This document shows, piece by piece, positions 11,671 to 24,099 of a DNA stretch of 64,000 nt. Made by a program: the position numbers and the translations under genes. The DNA lies in the NCBI RefSeq assembly GCF_009834535.1, contig NC_045713.1, forward strand, positions 23,312,001 to 23,376,000, read 5' to 3'. Positions within the stretch are counted from its first letter, which is position 1; the number at the start of each line of letters is the position of its first letter. Under the pieces are notes generated by a model. It searched no databases, had not been told where the DNA came from, and saw only the letters and a list, made by a program, of their open reading frames with translations. The DNA comes from Camelus ferus (lineage: Eukaryota).

Positions 11671-13869
11671 GTTTGAGGATAAGTGTATCTGCCCCTACTG
11701 ATTTTGTTTTCGCAAAAGAAGACGGCCACGCACAAAATACCATCTTTATAAACCTGCCTGGCGACTCCTTCCCTGATGTTATTGTCTGTTTCAGGCAAAG
11801 AACAGAGGTGTCTGATCCTAGGAACCTTCAGCTGTGAAGAAAGCAAAATAGAGATCAATATATTGTGTCCCTGCTTGTGTTTTCTGCTAACTCTTTGTTT
11901 CTCCGCTACTCGGGTGCTATCAACTTCAGTAACTAAATTAAAAACTATGAAGCTGTGAACGAAGACATCTCAGAAGTAATGAGACTACCACGCATGAATT
12001 GGAGGAAGAAATATATGTAAGGAACATAGTACTATGGTGTGCCTGCATCATTCTTATCTTTAAATGCCGATCTTTAAATGCAAATGCAAATGTTGCAAAC
12101 TTTCCTGACGCTTCTGCATTTGATAATATTATTGGGCTAAAGGAGCAATTTGGTTTTCTCTTGCTGAGGCATCTGCAAGAAAAGAGACTGGGAGGAAATC
12201 TGGTGAAGCCAAACCAAATGAGACCCCAAGCACAATGCAACACGAAGCTAGGCAGTTCTGAAATATTCAAACACCGTTATTTGTCTAACCTGCCGTGGAC
12301 CTTGGCACAGATGCTAAGAGTCTTCCGTGTTGTATGTGGTTTTAGATGACCTCGGGATGGTACCTGTGAATTCTACACCACGGAGTGGTTCCATTTTCCA
12401 TCTGTTGCCATGCAATTGTTTTGTTTACCAGCAGCTGTCAGATGGGTATTATAATGAATGCTTTCATAGCCAGTGTTATAAAACCAAATATGACAAGCGT
12501 TCGGGGCGGAGCTGCTAGGACAGGTGGACCCACGGTGCCTACAAAGAGACTGGAAATGCGGCTCTCTCGTCTGCACTGGAAACGTGTCTCACACGCTGGT
12601 TTACACGTGCCTCTATTTGCCAACTCAAAACACACTTCTCCCTAGTGGAGAAATAGCAGAGTTGGCTACAGGGAACTCTTGGGGTGGTTTCTCAGAGTAA
12701 TGGTGATTTAGCCCCTCTCAGAAGGGCGGTGCCTGTCCATTGGCCACTTAACGCTTCTGTTTTCACGTGCAGACGAATCACTGCAGGAGCTACAATGTGT
12801 ATGTATCCTCAGGCCTGTTCCCCCACTCCACCCCTGCCCTGGAATCTCATTGTTCTGGTGCTGAGTCGCCCTGGGGCTTAGGAATGTGGGAGTTTAACAG
12901 TCATCTTCCGAAGTTGCCTGAGGCTGGGGAAGCAGAATCACACTTGGAAGGTTCCCTCTTTAGCCAGTGTGCTCTGTCTCTCTCCCTCGTTTATTTATTT
13001 TTGAATTGCCCACAGGGAAAAGTGCAGTTAGCACTGTTGGTTCCCTGAACCACTTCAGATAGTTTCTGCCATCCTCCCCGGCTGGAGGGCAGGTTTGGGC
13101 CCGGAGAGGGAGGGATTAGGGAAGCGGAGTGACAGCGTGGGTGGTTCCTCTGACCTTCCATCCAGGACTCTGGGGTCATTAATCTAGCTGCACCCATCAC
13201 GCTTGCGGAAGGTTTGGGAAACTAGGTGTCAGAGCACTGAGAGCACAGGGCTGTGCCTGTCCCACTGGCTTGAATGGCTGGGATCATTTAAAACCATTAC
13301 CTGGTACTGGTAGAGGAGGCTCCGAAAGACGGCTTGTTGCATTTAGATGGGGGCTTAATTCACCTGTTCGCCAGGATTCTCTCTCTCCTTTTGTGGTTAT
13401 AAGGCTAAGGAAACCTCACTCCTGGAGTTTACACACACCCCATAACTGGTATGGCATATTCTTTTTCCTCCCTGTGAAATGAAAAAGAGAAATATTTTGT
13501 GAGTTGATATATATGTGTGCATATGTGTGTGTATGTGTATTTTATTAATTTTTGGCTCAAACTCGAGGGAGTAAAAGCTCCCACAAGTCTGCTGCACGGA
13601 TCTGTTTTTCATTTACACCTCCGACCTGGAGCAGGTAATCGTGACGTCCTCCCTGCATTCTCCTCTGCTTCAAATTCTGTAGATGTTCAGTGAATGTTTT
13701 AATCAATGAAATGAAGGAAGGGCAGTCGTTTGAATGATTCCACCTTGCTTTGATGTGCTGTTTAGCGACCTTGACTGCACACAATTGGTATACCCAGATC
13801 ACAACTAAAGAGTGATGTTCAGCACGCACGCTGTGGAGTCTCTGAATAGTACCCATGGTATCAACATTA

Positions 13870-14135
13870 TACTGTTAGGGTTAGGTATGCAGGTTCCGAA
13901 GTCCTATTGCCTGTTTGAATCCTGGTCCTGCAACTAACCAGGTGACCAAGAGCAGATGATTTAATGTTCTAAGCCTTTGCAGCTTCTTTCAGAAAATTAG
14001 GATAATAAAAAGACCTACCCCATAAGGTTGTTACGAAGTTTCAGTGAGAAAATCTATGTAAAGCTGTCAGCACTCTGCCCGTAACATCTAAGCCCTTGAC
14101 GAATGGTCAATGGTATGATGATGATGATGATGATG
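13870..14135 (+). mobile_element. MIR ending in (ATG)n tract
   Basis: 'tttgaatcctggtcctgc...ggataataaaaagacctaccccataaggttgttacgaag...tatgtaaagc'. Confidence 0.75.
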
Positions 14136-14977
14136 ATTTGCCCAGTGTTTTGCTTTTGGGGAACACACACCTGCCAATTTCCCCCATCCCAAGATATGGC
14201 TTGCCTTACTGGCTGTTGGCCTTGCCCTCAAAATGATTGAAGCACATGCTCCAAGGCAATATTGCACAAAATATGGTGCCCAAAATATCATGGCTTATAT
14301 ATTTTCTCTTGCTGGCGAAGGATTCTAAAAGGTTTAAAGCTTAATTTAGAGCCCACATTTACGCTGAGTTGGGGGAAGGCGCCGCCATATGCCTCTCCAT
14401 CTTGTGTGCAGTGCGGCTGGAATTGAGGGGGAATGACAACACACCGTGGCTGCAGCCAAAGCTTGAGGCCGGCAGCCTAAATCCAAATCGGGCTACATCC
14501 CTGACTCTCTTGATTCTGCCTGCTTGTGCGTTTGACCTTGGCCGCCAAGGTCTGAGCAATTCCTCTTGGCTTTCTGTCATTAATCAGTCCCGAAGCATCT
14601 TTTCAACAGACAGCTTGGTTGGATTGAATAATGTGCCTGTGTTTTCTCATCTGATACCAGCAAGAGTTACACTGGAGTCACTTCCATCAGTGAGCTTGGA
14701 TATCGGGCTAGCACAGGGTTTTCAAGTGGTGTCTTACCCGGAAATATTCTGTTCATTGGCTGTTAATGTTGTACACCTGCTACTGTGGTGCTGCAGTTGT
14801 GGTTCCCTTCAAGTTTTCTAGAGCAGGAGAAATTGTTGCCAGAGGAGGGGAAGGGATGACATTAACTTTCATTGGCAAATGAGGCCAGATTTTGGCTTTG
14901 AGTCGCACTTGAGAATTTAGGGGTGGCACCTGGCACTGCATCACAGGAAGTATGTCATGGGAGAAGGTATTAACCAT

Positions 14978-15113
14978 NNNNNNNNNNNNNNNNNNNNNNN
15001 NNNNNNNNNNNNNNNNNNNNNNNNNNNNNNNNNNNNNNNNNNNNNNNNNNNNNNNNNNNNNNNNNNNNNNNNNNNNNNNNNNNNNNNNNNNNNNNNNNNN
15101 NNNNNNNNNNNNN
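14978..15113. other. Assembly gap (136 N)
   Basis: Run of N directly adjoining the 3' side of a minus-strand SINE head. Confidence 0.99.
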
Positions 15114-15180
15114 CACTGGGGATTAAACCCAAGACCTTGTGCATGCCAAGCACATGCTCTACCACTGAGCTATACCCCCG
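15114..15180 (-). mobile_element. Vic-1-type tRNA-Ala-derived SINE head (tail lost in gap)
   Basis: Reverse complement reads GGGGGTATAGCTCAGTGGTAGAGCATGTGCTTGGCATGCACAAGGTCTTGGGTTTAATCCCCAGTG, close to the copy at 51478. Confidence 0.9.
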
Positions 15181-16019
15181 ACTCTGGCCATGTATTTTTA
15201 AGGTTATAGATGTATACATGCTTTCCTGGTTAGAAAAAAAGAGAATAGAGTATAGAAAAATACATAGTTGCTGAAAATGAGGGTAGGAGAACAAGAATAA
15301 TCTATAATATTTTGCATGGTCCAAAATGCAATTTCTGATGCCTTTTCCAGTGCTTTAGAGTTTTTAAAGAGGTTTTCGTTTATTTAACAAAGTGGGAACT
15401 CACGCCAGAGAGTCTTCATGGTGTGCTGAAATTCTTACGGAAATCCATGACAGAGCTTTATCTGGAAGGCAGGTGTCGTGATTCTTGGTTCTGAGAATTT
15501 TCTGCTAGATCATATGACCTCCTAACAGGAACATCATGATCTGGGGAGGGAAGAATCTTCTGTAAGGAAGCCACCGTTAAGCTGGTGTAGTATCAAAGGT
15601 ATTAGTCGCAGACTTGGAATTCTGTACGTGTTTCTTGGGACGAAAGGGCATCAGACAGCATCTGGTGGATTGAGGAAGGCAGCGTGAGATGATAACATTT
15701 AAGTGACTTCTGGGCATTGTTTTCAGCCCTGAACAATTCAGCATCGCCTCCTGCCCACATCAATCATTGTTAAGTCCCTCTGTTTTCTTCCCCAATGCAG
15801 TTTAGGTTAGAGGATGTCAGTGCTGTTTAAAGCAGTGAGATTTTCCCAGAATACTTCTCAGGACCAGTCTTTGGGTGTTGGGAAGACATTCTACTCTGTT
15901 AACTGTGGGGTAGTTGTGCTCTTACCCACGTCACATCAGATTGGTGTTGGTAGCTGACTAATGAGTGGGCTGGCGGTGGCCTTGGCATCTTGTCCTTTGG
16001 AGGAACGACCAGTGAGTAA

Positions 16020-16214
16020 TGTCATTCTTAGTTCTCTTCCCTGTCTATTTCAGCCTTTCCTCCTCTTTCATTTCTTCCTTCTTTTCCTCCTGTGATCTCT
16101 CCCTCTCTCTGCCCCTCCCCTCCCTCCTCCTCTTCTTCCCTCCCTTCCCCTTCTCTCTCTCTCCCTCCTTTTCTCTCCCCTCCCCTCCCATCACCTCCTC
16201 TCCTCTTCTCTTGC
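16020..16214 (+). repeat. CT-rich low-complexity polypyrimidine tract
   Basis: About 190 bp almost entirely C/T. Confidence 0.95.
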
Positions 16215-16329
16215 AGACATACATGCTCATACACATTTTAACCTAACATCCATTAAACATCAATGTTTAATGAGGACTGTCATTAAACATCTTCTCATAA
16301 TTAATGGCACAAACTCTCTGGTACCCAAA

Positions 16330-16570
16330 TTACAGAGACATGATGGTGGAGACCCAAATTCACATCTTGACTCTACCATGTGCTAACTTGGTGACTCTGA
16401 TCTGTGCTCCAGACTCTCTGTGTCTGTTTCTTCGTATATAAATCAGGAATGATAATAATACCTATCTTGTAAGGTTACTGGAATGCTTAAATTAGAGTAT
16501 ACAAATGCATTGTTTAGCATAAGGTCTGATGCATTCAAAACTTTCAGTGAACATTGTTTATTATCACTGA
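16330..16570 (+). mobile_element. MIR
   Basis: 'atcttgactctaccatgtgctaac...gaatgataataatacctatcttgtaaggtt'. Confidence 0.65.
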
Positions 16571-17169
16571 CAGATAGCATTTTCACTGCACTCCATCTCG
16601 TAAGATGCAGGATCAAAGCTAATGTGCATGAGAGAAGAGCAATGTTTAAACAGTATATCCTACCTGAATTCATCCAGAGGTCCCAACTTTCTGCCATGGA
16701 ACTAGTAGTCAGGAAAAGTTGCAAGCAGTAATGGCTATGAAATATTTGAAATGTTTATCTTTGTTCTATGAGGAAATATGTCATTAAAGCCATTTTAAAA
16801 TTTATTACCTTCAGATTTATCTCTAACCCTCTAATGGATTTAATGATTTCAGTGCTAATGAATCCTGTTGGAGACGCAGTATGTCCGTCTGCTCTTTTCA
16901 CCTCTTCTTAGAAAACTTCATCCAAGGCTTCCGTGGATCTCCCCTTGGACTGAAGATCTGCTCACTGGCGGTAGCTGACTAGACTGAAGAAAGACGTGAA
17001 TGGGGCTGGCCAATCAGATGATCTCTTCCTGGTTGTTGAGAATTTTGACATGGCACAATGTCATACTTTTTTTTTTTTTTTTAAAGGTTTCATTGAGGAA
17101 GATAATAGGAAATAGGCTCTCAGAAGAGGGGATACATCAGATTAGGAAGGCAGACAGGCATCACCATTG

Positions 17170-18120
17170 ACTGGCTGGGTGACCTACAATAAGTCACTTA
17201 ACCTAGAGAGTGTCTGGGTTTTCCATTAGCAAAAGCAAGTGTTGTAATAAGGGCTGCCTCAAAAAATGAAGACTTAACACAGAAGGGCAAGTGAAGCCTT
17301 TTTGGGTGACGTGGGCAGACAGGAACTAGTCAACATTTTGAACTGTATTCAGCCCTTAACCAGCCACCATCTGATATGAACCTTGACTCTTAACATTAAA
17401 ACTGCCCATTCCTATGGGCAGTTTGGCTCTTTTTTTATCCTCCCCATGAGGTTTAATATTGCACATCCCTCCTGCTTTCTCGAAGCTCTGTCTTCCACTG
17501 ATTCTTTGGGTGGATTTCCTAACTCTTCGCCTGGTTTTTTTTGTTTTTTGTTGGTTATTTTTTTGGGGGGGAGGGGCTTTTTCAGTGCCCCCTCTTCCTT
17601 TGTTCTTGCCTAGGTAAGGTCACCAAAAAGGTGGTGACCTCTGTCTCCTGTCCTTCCATCTGTTTTCTCCTAATCACAGCTACTATTTATTGATCACTTA
17701 CTTGACACTGAATTAAGTGCTTTGCAGACGTTCTTACTTAATGCTCCAAACGGCTTTCTGACATAGGCATCACTGTCCTCTTCTTCAGATGAGGAAACCA
17801 AGGCTCAGAAGCCTTGATGAAGCCATTTAAGGTAACAAAGCCATAAGAGATCAATGGGGAATTTAAGCCCAGGCTTCCAAAGCTCATACTTCATTACCCA
17901 TTTTTGGAGAGAACCATGTGTTGAAATTTTCCCTCTTCCAAGTTACTGGCTGTGTTAATTTGAGTCAGTGACCCAATGTAGCCTCAGTTCTGTAACCTAT
18001 AAAACTGGCATGATATTACCAGTCTTTCTTTTGATAAGGGATTCAAACAGTTTATGTAAAGCATTTAGCATGTTGCATGGAACACAGTAGACAATGAGTC
18101 CAGGCTTTTATTAATAACAA
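17170..18120. mobile_element. Three MIR fragments: ~17170-17280 (+), ~17675-17890 (-), ~17940-18120 (+)
   Basis: 'gggtgacctacaataagtcacttaacct'; 'cagatgaggaaaccaaggctcag'; 'gcctcagttctgtaacctataaaactgg...tatgtaaagcatttagca'. Unique sequence lies between them. Confidence 0.7.
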
Positions 18121-18799
18121 ATAATTAGTTTCTTATTCTGGAAGATTTCAATTTGGATATGTGAATTTGACTTTAAAAACTGAACCCACCCTCGAGTTTG
18201 AATCATTGCCTAACTAGATCCATGAAACTGGAAATAGAGAAACAACATACAATTCTAGCAATATCAACATTATTATTTTCATTTTTTTCCTGATGCTGTC
18301 AGCTTGTTATTTGTGCTATTTCTTAGAATAATAGAATTTATTCAGGCAATTTATCCTTAATACAAGGGATATAAATGGAGCTATGCAGAGCTTATATATC
18401 ATGCTAATAATGTCTGGTTCATCCTTTTTTTCTCTCTCTTTGCAAATGGAGGCATTGATTTCCTACCCCGTCCTGTCTTTTATTGCATTTTCTGTGTTGA
18501 GGTCATCTCTGTTTACCACCTACACTGGATTCCAAAAGCTGAAATGATGTTTAATACCATCCAATAACATTTTTAAAGCATCTACCTTGTGCTTTCTTTA
18601 GCACTGTGTGTATTGGAGTAGAGTAAAAGAGAAGGAAAAAATATATATTTACACAGGTATAACTTAAATCCATTGGTTAGAAACATACACCTGGCCAATG
18701 ATTGAAGCACAAATATAGAGCTTTATATTGGGAGCTTCTGAAACAGTGTCAGTTACATGCATGCATGCTTGAAGATGTGGACACTATCCATGGTCTCAT

Positions 18800-19230
18800 T
18801 TCTCCTTACTTCACACTCTTTCTCTGGGTGACCTCCTTTAATCTCTGTTTTTAAGCTCCAAGTATATCTTCACGGCTCCCCCCAATATTATGTCTAGCCC
18901 CAAATGTTTCTTATGAACTCGAGACTCATATTTCTTCATAATTTTCTCCAGTTTCCCCCTGACCATGAATTTCCCATTGATACCTTTCATTCATTACGTC
19001 TGAAGCTGAAATCAGCACCCTCCCTGCCCTGGCCAACTGCACCCCAATCTATCCTTGGCTCCTCCATCTTGGCCAGTCAAACATGCATTCAGCTTACCCA
19101 TGTTGCCGAGCCGCAAGCCCGCTCTCTTTACTCTAGCATCCCTGCCAACCTGAGCACGATTCATGATCAATTCCTATCAATTAACTTCGCCATTATTTCT
19201 TGAGCTCCACCTGGCCTGTCTACATCCTGC
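18800..19230 (+). mobile_element. L2 body fragment
   Basis: 'tctctgggtgacctcc...tctagccccaaatgtttcttatgaactcgagactcatattt' is typical L2 ORF2 3' region. Confidence 0.65.
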
Positions 19231-20342
19231 AAAGATAAAAACCAGATAATAGGAGGAATAGAGAAGCAGGATCAGCCTGTTTGGTTGATGCTGGATGATT
19301 TGTGGGACAAGGAACTACAGCACTGGTTTTCATGGGGCTTCAGACAGACATTCAGGGGTGAGAACCAAGACAAGGATGAGACTGTATGGCAGTGGGGGAA
19401 AAGCCTAATTTGAATACATAAAAAGAAGAAACAATTATCGGGATTTGATGACAAGAGAGATTCAAGGGAGGAATTGGTAGATAGAAATAATCTTCAGACT
19501 TGTTCAGGATATTACTTGTTTTGTCTGTGTCTTTATGAAGGAAGCCCAAGAGAGATCTTGTTTTAAAAAATTAAGAGGGCGCCTCTTTATAAGAGGTTGC
19601 AATAGAGGACAGTGAATTCTTTTGCAGTGGGTTGACTTTGTGTGACCTTGAGCTTGTCCCTTAACCCCTGTGGGACTTAACTTCTCTTCTGAAAACGGGA
19701 TTTGGATTAGATGATTTCTAACGTTTTAGGCTTTGGGCTAGTCAAGGCTTTATGATTATGAACCTGGGGGGAAGATGTAACAGTTAAAACTTGGTGATGA
19801 TGGATTCAAGAAAGAACTGGGTTGAATTATATTTGGAACTAAAGTGTACCCTTGCTGAAATAGAGAATAATAATGAGTCTGGTATTAATATAGTCTGGCT
19901 TAAGTATAATACTAATATAAACAAAATTATATTGAGAGAAAATGATGTTTATAGAGCACACCATCAAGATGAACTCCAGAAAAGAGAAACTAAACCTTAT
20001 CTAAATAGTTTTTGTCCCCCCGTCTCTATTTTCACTTTTTTTTTTTTTTTAAACACTATCGTTATGTTTTCCAGGCTGGCAGATGAATCTCAAAATCTGC
20101 TTCTGATGGAGGTTTTTCTTCTCTCCCTGATAGAATATATACTTTTCTCACTTACAAAAAAGCAAATTGATCATGTTTTCTGAGGCAAAGAAATAAATAG
20201 AACAAAAGTTTCTGTGCTCGATTACAGTTTCGTATTGAAAAAAAATTTTTAATATAAATGAAAAAAATATTCATTTACGTTTTGAACAAAGTTTTATCAT
20301 GGATCTCTTCCTTGGGAGTAAATACTCCTTAAAACAAGCTAA

Positions 20343-20594
20343 NNNNNNNNNNNNNNNNNNNNNNNNNNNNNNNNNNNNNNNNNNNNNNNNNNNNNNNNNN
20401 NNNNNNNNNNNNNNNNNNNNNNNNNNNNNNNNNNNNNNNNNNNNNNNNNNNNNNNNNNNNNNNNNNNNNNNNNNNNNNNNNNNNNNNNNNNNNNNNNNNN
20501 NNNNNNNNNNNNNNNNNNNNNNNNNNNNNNNNNNNNNNNNNNNNNNNNNNNNNNNNNNNNNNNNNNNNNNNNNNNNNNNNNNNNNNNNNNNNNN
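20343..20594. other. Assembly gap (252 N)
   Basis: Run of N. Confidence 0.99.
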
Positions 20595-21585
20595 AGATTT
20601 AAAGCACGTTAATGGATCGCATCACCAAAAGGTCTAATCCTGAGTGACTAAAATGGTAGATCTAATTCAGATTTATTGCTTTTCTAGCACTTTGGACCAA
20701 AAGGGCTTTAATCTCTGTAATAATATAATGGATTTGAATTAACGAAATAATAGTCACCTGACGCAGGTCATTTAAGTCATCTACGTATTCACATGCCACT
20801 GTGCACTTCAGACTTTTGAGGGGAGGGACGTGGGGTGGGTGGGTTTAATCTGTGAAAACCAGCAAAGAAGTAAAACCGTACGTCAATGGAGACTTGGGGG
20901 CTCACTGTGCATTTTTTTTCCTGTATGGGATGCTTGCTAGCACAACAAATTTATACACCACTCTGCCGACACCCTTAGCCACAGCTACCTCTCAGAAGGT
21001 TATCAAGGCTGGAACAAAAACACATAAGTTATGTCCTGGACTGTGCAAACACTCCTGGGCACGGCCGTAAACTATAGCTGGAATGTTCACCAACACCTAG
21101 CCATCCAGGGTGTTTGACCTTGGGCAAACAGCTTGGGTTGATGGACATGGCCAGGTCCAGAGATGACACCGCTTGGAAAGTACAAATGAAGATGTTCAGA
21201 GGGTGCTGGCCATGAGCTGCTGTGAGGACACCATTTGAAGGGAAGCCAAATTGCTTCTGTTATCTCAGAGAACACCTTGATGTTGAAAGACAGTGGAAGA
21301 GCATCTAATATGGGCTACCTAATATTTCTGGGAAGGTAAATACAGTATATTTATATTAGAGCTGCTGCAGCAGGAGCAGCCGGCTCCTCCCTAATAAGGT
21401 GGATAGTCTTCCTGTGTGTCTGTGCTCAAACCCTTTGTTGGACCGTTTTCATTGTATGCCCCCAAAGACTGCAATTTTAAGAGTCTGAAATGTAGTAGAG
21501 TCATCTGATTGAGAGAAAGAGAGAAAAAAAAAACCCAGATAATGTTGTGATTCCACCTACCCTTTCTCTTAGTGTGAACATATAC

Positions 21586-22163
21586 CATATAGTTTTGCTA
21601 TAACAGGACATCTGTGTTCCTGAAAAATCTCTGCACTGTGCAGAAATCACACAATAAAAAACACAGGGCTTCTGGGGAGAATGGGACTCTGGGCAGCTTC
21701 ATCAGTGACACAAAATGACACACACACACAATTGCACAATTTTACCCGTGTTAAATGACTTAAGTGCATAAATGCTACAACAAATATGGCACTTTCCTTT
21801 GGAGAAGACTGGAAGTTCTCTGTGGAAGTGGGCATCAGAAGGGGTGCTGCTTGTGAGTTACTGTGAAGGAGAGTTATCTGAAATTGGATGCAAAGTTGCG
21901 GCACCAGATGTAGACGAGTGTGACTCATAGCATATGCTGTGAACTGGGATAGCACGCCACCCTTCGAGGTGTGTGCTTGGGTGTGTTTCTGTGGAGCTCA
22001 TTTCAGCTGGGTGGAGTTTTCCGTGTGGAGCCCGTGTCTTTCACAGATGAAATCAAGCATGAGCAAACGTGAAATGCAGGCCATGCTCCAGTTGTTCCCT
22101 GTTATACCCATGCAGTGGAATGCATGTGTGTTTTCAACATGGACATTGTAATGGAACTAACTG
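21586..22163. mobile_element. TcMar-Tigger non-autonomous element (Tigger6-like)
   Basis: Degenerate terminal inverted repeats (left catatagttttgctataac; right cattgtaatggaactaactg followed by TA). Internal 'gttcctgaaaaatc...caataaaaaacacagggct' resembles Tigger6. Confidence 0.65.
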
Positions 22164-23086
22164 TACGTCAGAGGGAGCATGACGGAGATGGGAGGTTCAG
22201 TTCTCCACTGTGAGCATTCCAGAGGACTGCATGGGACCAAGAGTACGCGTGTGATTCCCCGTGACCTTAAGTGCAAGCCGGCTGCTTTACCTTGAGCGTC
22301 ACTGAATAAACAAAAAATCACGTTCTGAGTTGTGAGAAAAACAGAGCTGTGTCAGATCATTAAGTAGTTTCTAATGTGGCCTCTTCCAAACAAAGGATAT
22401 ATCTTTGATTCCATTGGTTTTATTTGCTTTACACATTCATACCTAACATTTATGAGCTGTGTCTCCATGGCCTTTTACCACATGTATCTGTCCCTGAGGT
22501 TATTTTATTCCAATACTCACACATTGTCTAGGAATTTGGGGTCACTCTGAGAGATCTGCCTGGTGACTCAATCATTTATTGTCATCCCTGTTGCCCCATG
22601 GTCTTCATGTGAGCCTTAAAAGGAGTATTAAGGTTACTCAATCCATCCTGCCTGTTTTGTAGAAGAGGACACTGGGTTAGAAGGAAAAAAGGATTTTGCT
22701 CAAGAACTGAAGGTAAAGGCAGTTTCACACATAAGTCAGAATGCAACTCTAGAGCTTTCCTAAGGAAGTACCTAACAGTATTCCTGTTGGACCAGTGTCT
22801 TTTATTTGTGTTACCTGCCTGTGCTGGATCCACAAATACAGATACACAGAAAAGTCATGTTCACGCTTGACGTGGTATCAACTGCGTTGCTTTCATTTTT
22901 GTCACAAATGGCCGGCGGGCCACCATCCAAAAGGACGTACATAATTCTGTTTTATTCTTTATCCAACTAGTTGTTTGTTTCTTATTGTCTCTAAACACAT
23001 CTTGGTAGACATGGGGGGAAACACCGGGCATTTCTATTCCTTATAACGTTGGTGATATTCAACACTTAGACTCCGCCCCATCCCTA

Positions 23087-23137
23087 ACACACACACACAC
23101 ACACATACACACACACACACACTCACTCTCTCTCTCT
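23087..23137. repeat. (CA)n-(CT)n microsatellite
   Basis: Interrupted CA run followed by a CT run. Confidence 0.9.
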
Positions 23138-23854
23138 TACCTTATTTTCCACCAAATTTTCCTCAAAAAAAAGTTTTTAAATCTCTAATTTCTCCTATCA
23201 TACAGTCAGGAAACTGGGGATATAGAATTTGGTCTTGGATTAAATCATTTTGGAATCCTTATTGTTTGTGACCAGATGAACATCAGCCCATCTGACTACT
23301 GATTCAGATATTTTATAGAAACCATTAGGAAGCTAATGCCTTTGGGGGATTTATATTTGTTCTGGCTTATTCTAGAAGGTTCTAGAAACTTCAGAACCCA
23401 TTAGGCACTTTAAAAATCTACTAAGTAAAAATAACAAAATTTACCCAACCACCCCAAAAAAAGACGAAGCCACTGTTTAATTGAAATTTGAACAATTAAT
23501 TTATGGAGGTATTTGAAGCTAAACGTGAAAAGATGAGTATCATGGTAATGGGGAGGGGGGTGGCATGTGACATTTGAGACTAGCCTGTAGACGTATCAAT
23601 AATGTCCTTAAAATGAGCCATTTATTGGGGGGAAGAAAAGCTGATCAAGTCGAGATGTTTTAGAATGTATGTGATATGAAGGGGTTGACTTCTCTATATT
23701 GTTGTTAATTAAGTTGGATGTCTGTTGTCAGTGCATTGTGGGGTGTGTGTGTGTGTGTGTGTATTTGCATATACATCTGGGTTTCTCACAATCCCTTGGT
23801 TTTCCACAAAGAGGGCATTCCAAAAGAAAGAGATGAAAGAAAAATGCATAAATG

Positions 23855-24099
23855 NNNNNNNNNNNNNNNNNNNNNNNNNNNNNNNNNNNNNNNNNNNNNN
23901 NNNNNNNNNNNNNNNNNNNNNNNNNNNNNNNNNNNNNNNNNNNNNNNNNNNNNNNNNNNNNNNNNNNNNNNNNNNNNNNNNNNNNNNNNNNNNNNNNNNN
24001 NNNNNNNNNNNNNNNNNNNNNNNNNNNNNNNNNNNNNNNNNNNNNNNNNNNNNNNNNNNNNNNNNNNNNNNNNNNNNNNNNNNNNNNNNNNNNNNNNNN
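23855..24099. other. Assembly gap (245 N)
   Basis: Run of N. Confidence 0.99.

Noticed and set aside
16019-16246. S/L/P-rich and E/G/R-rich ORFs
   Set aside because: Translations of the CT-rich low-complexity tract.
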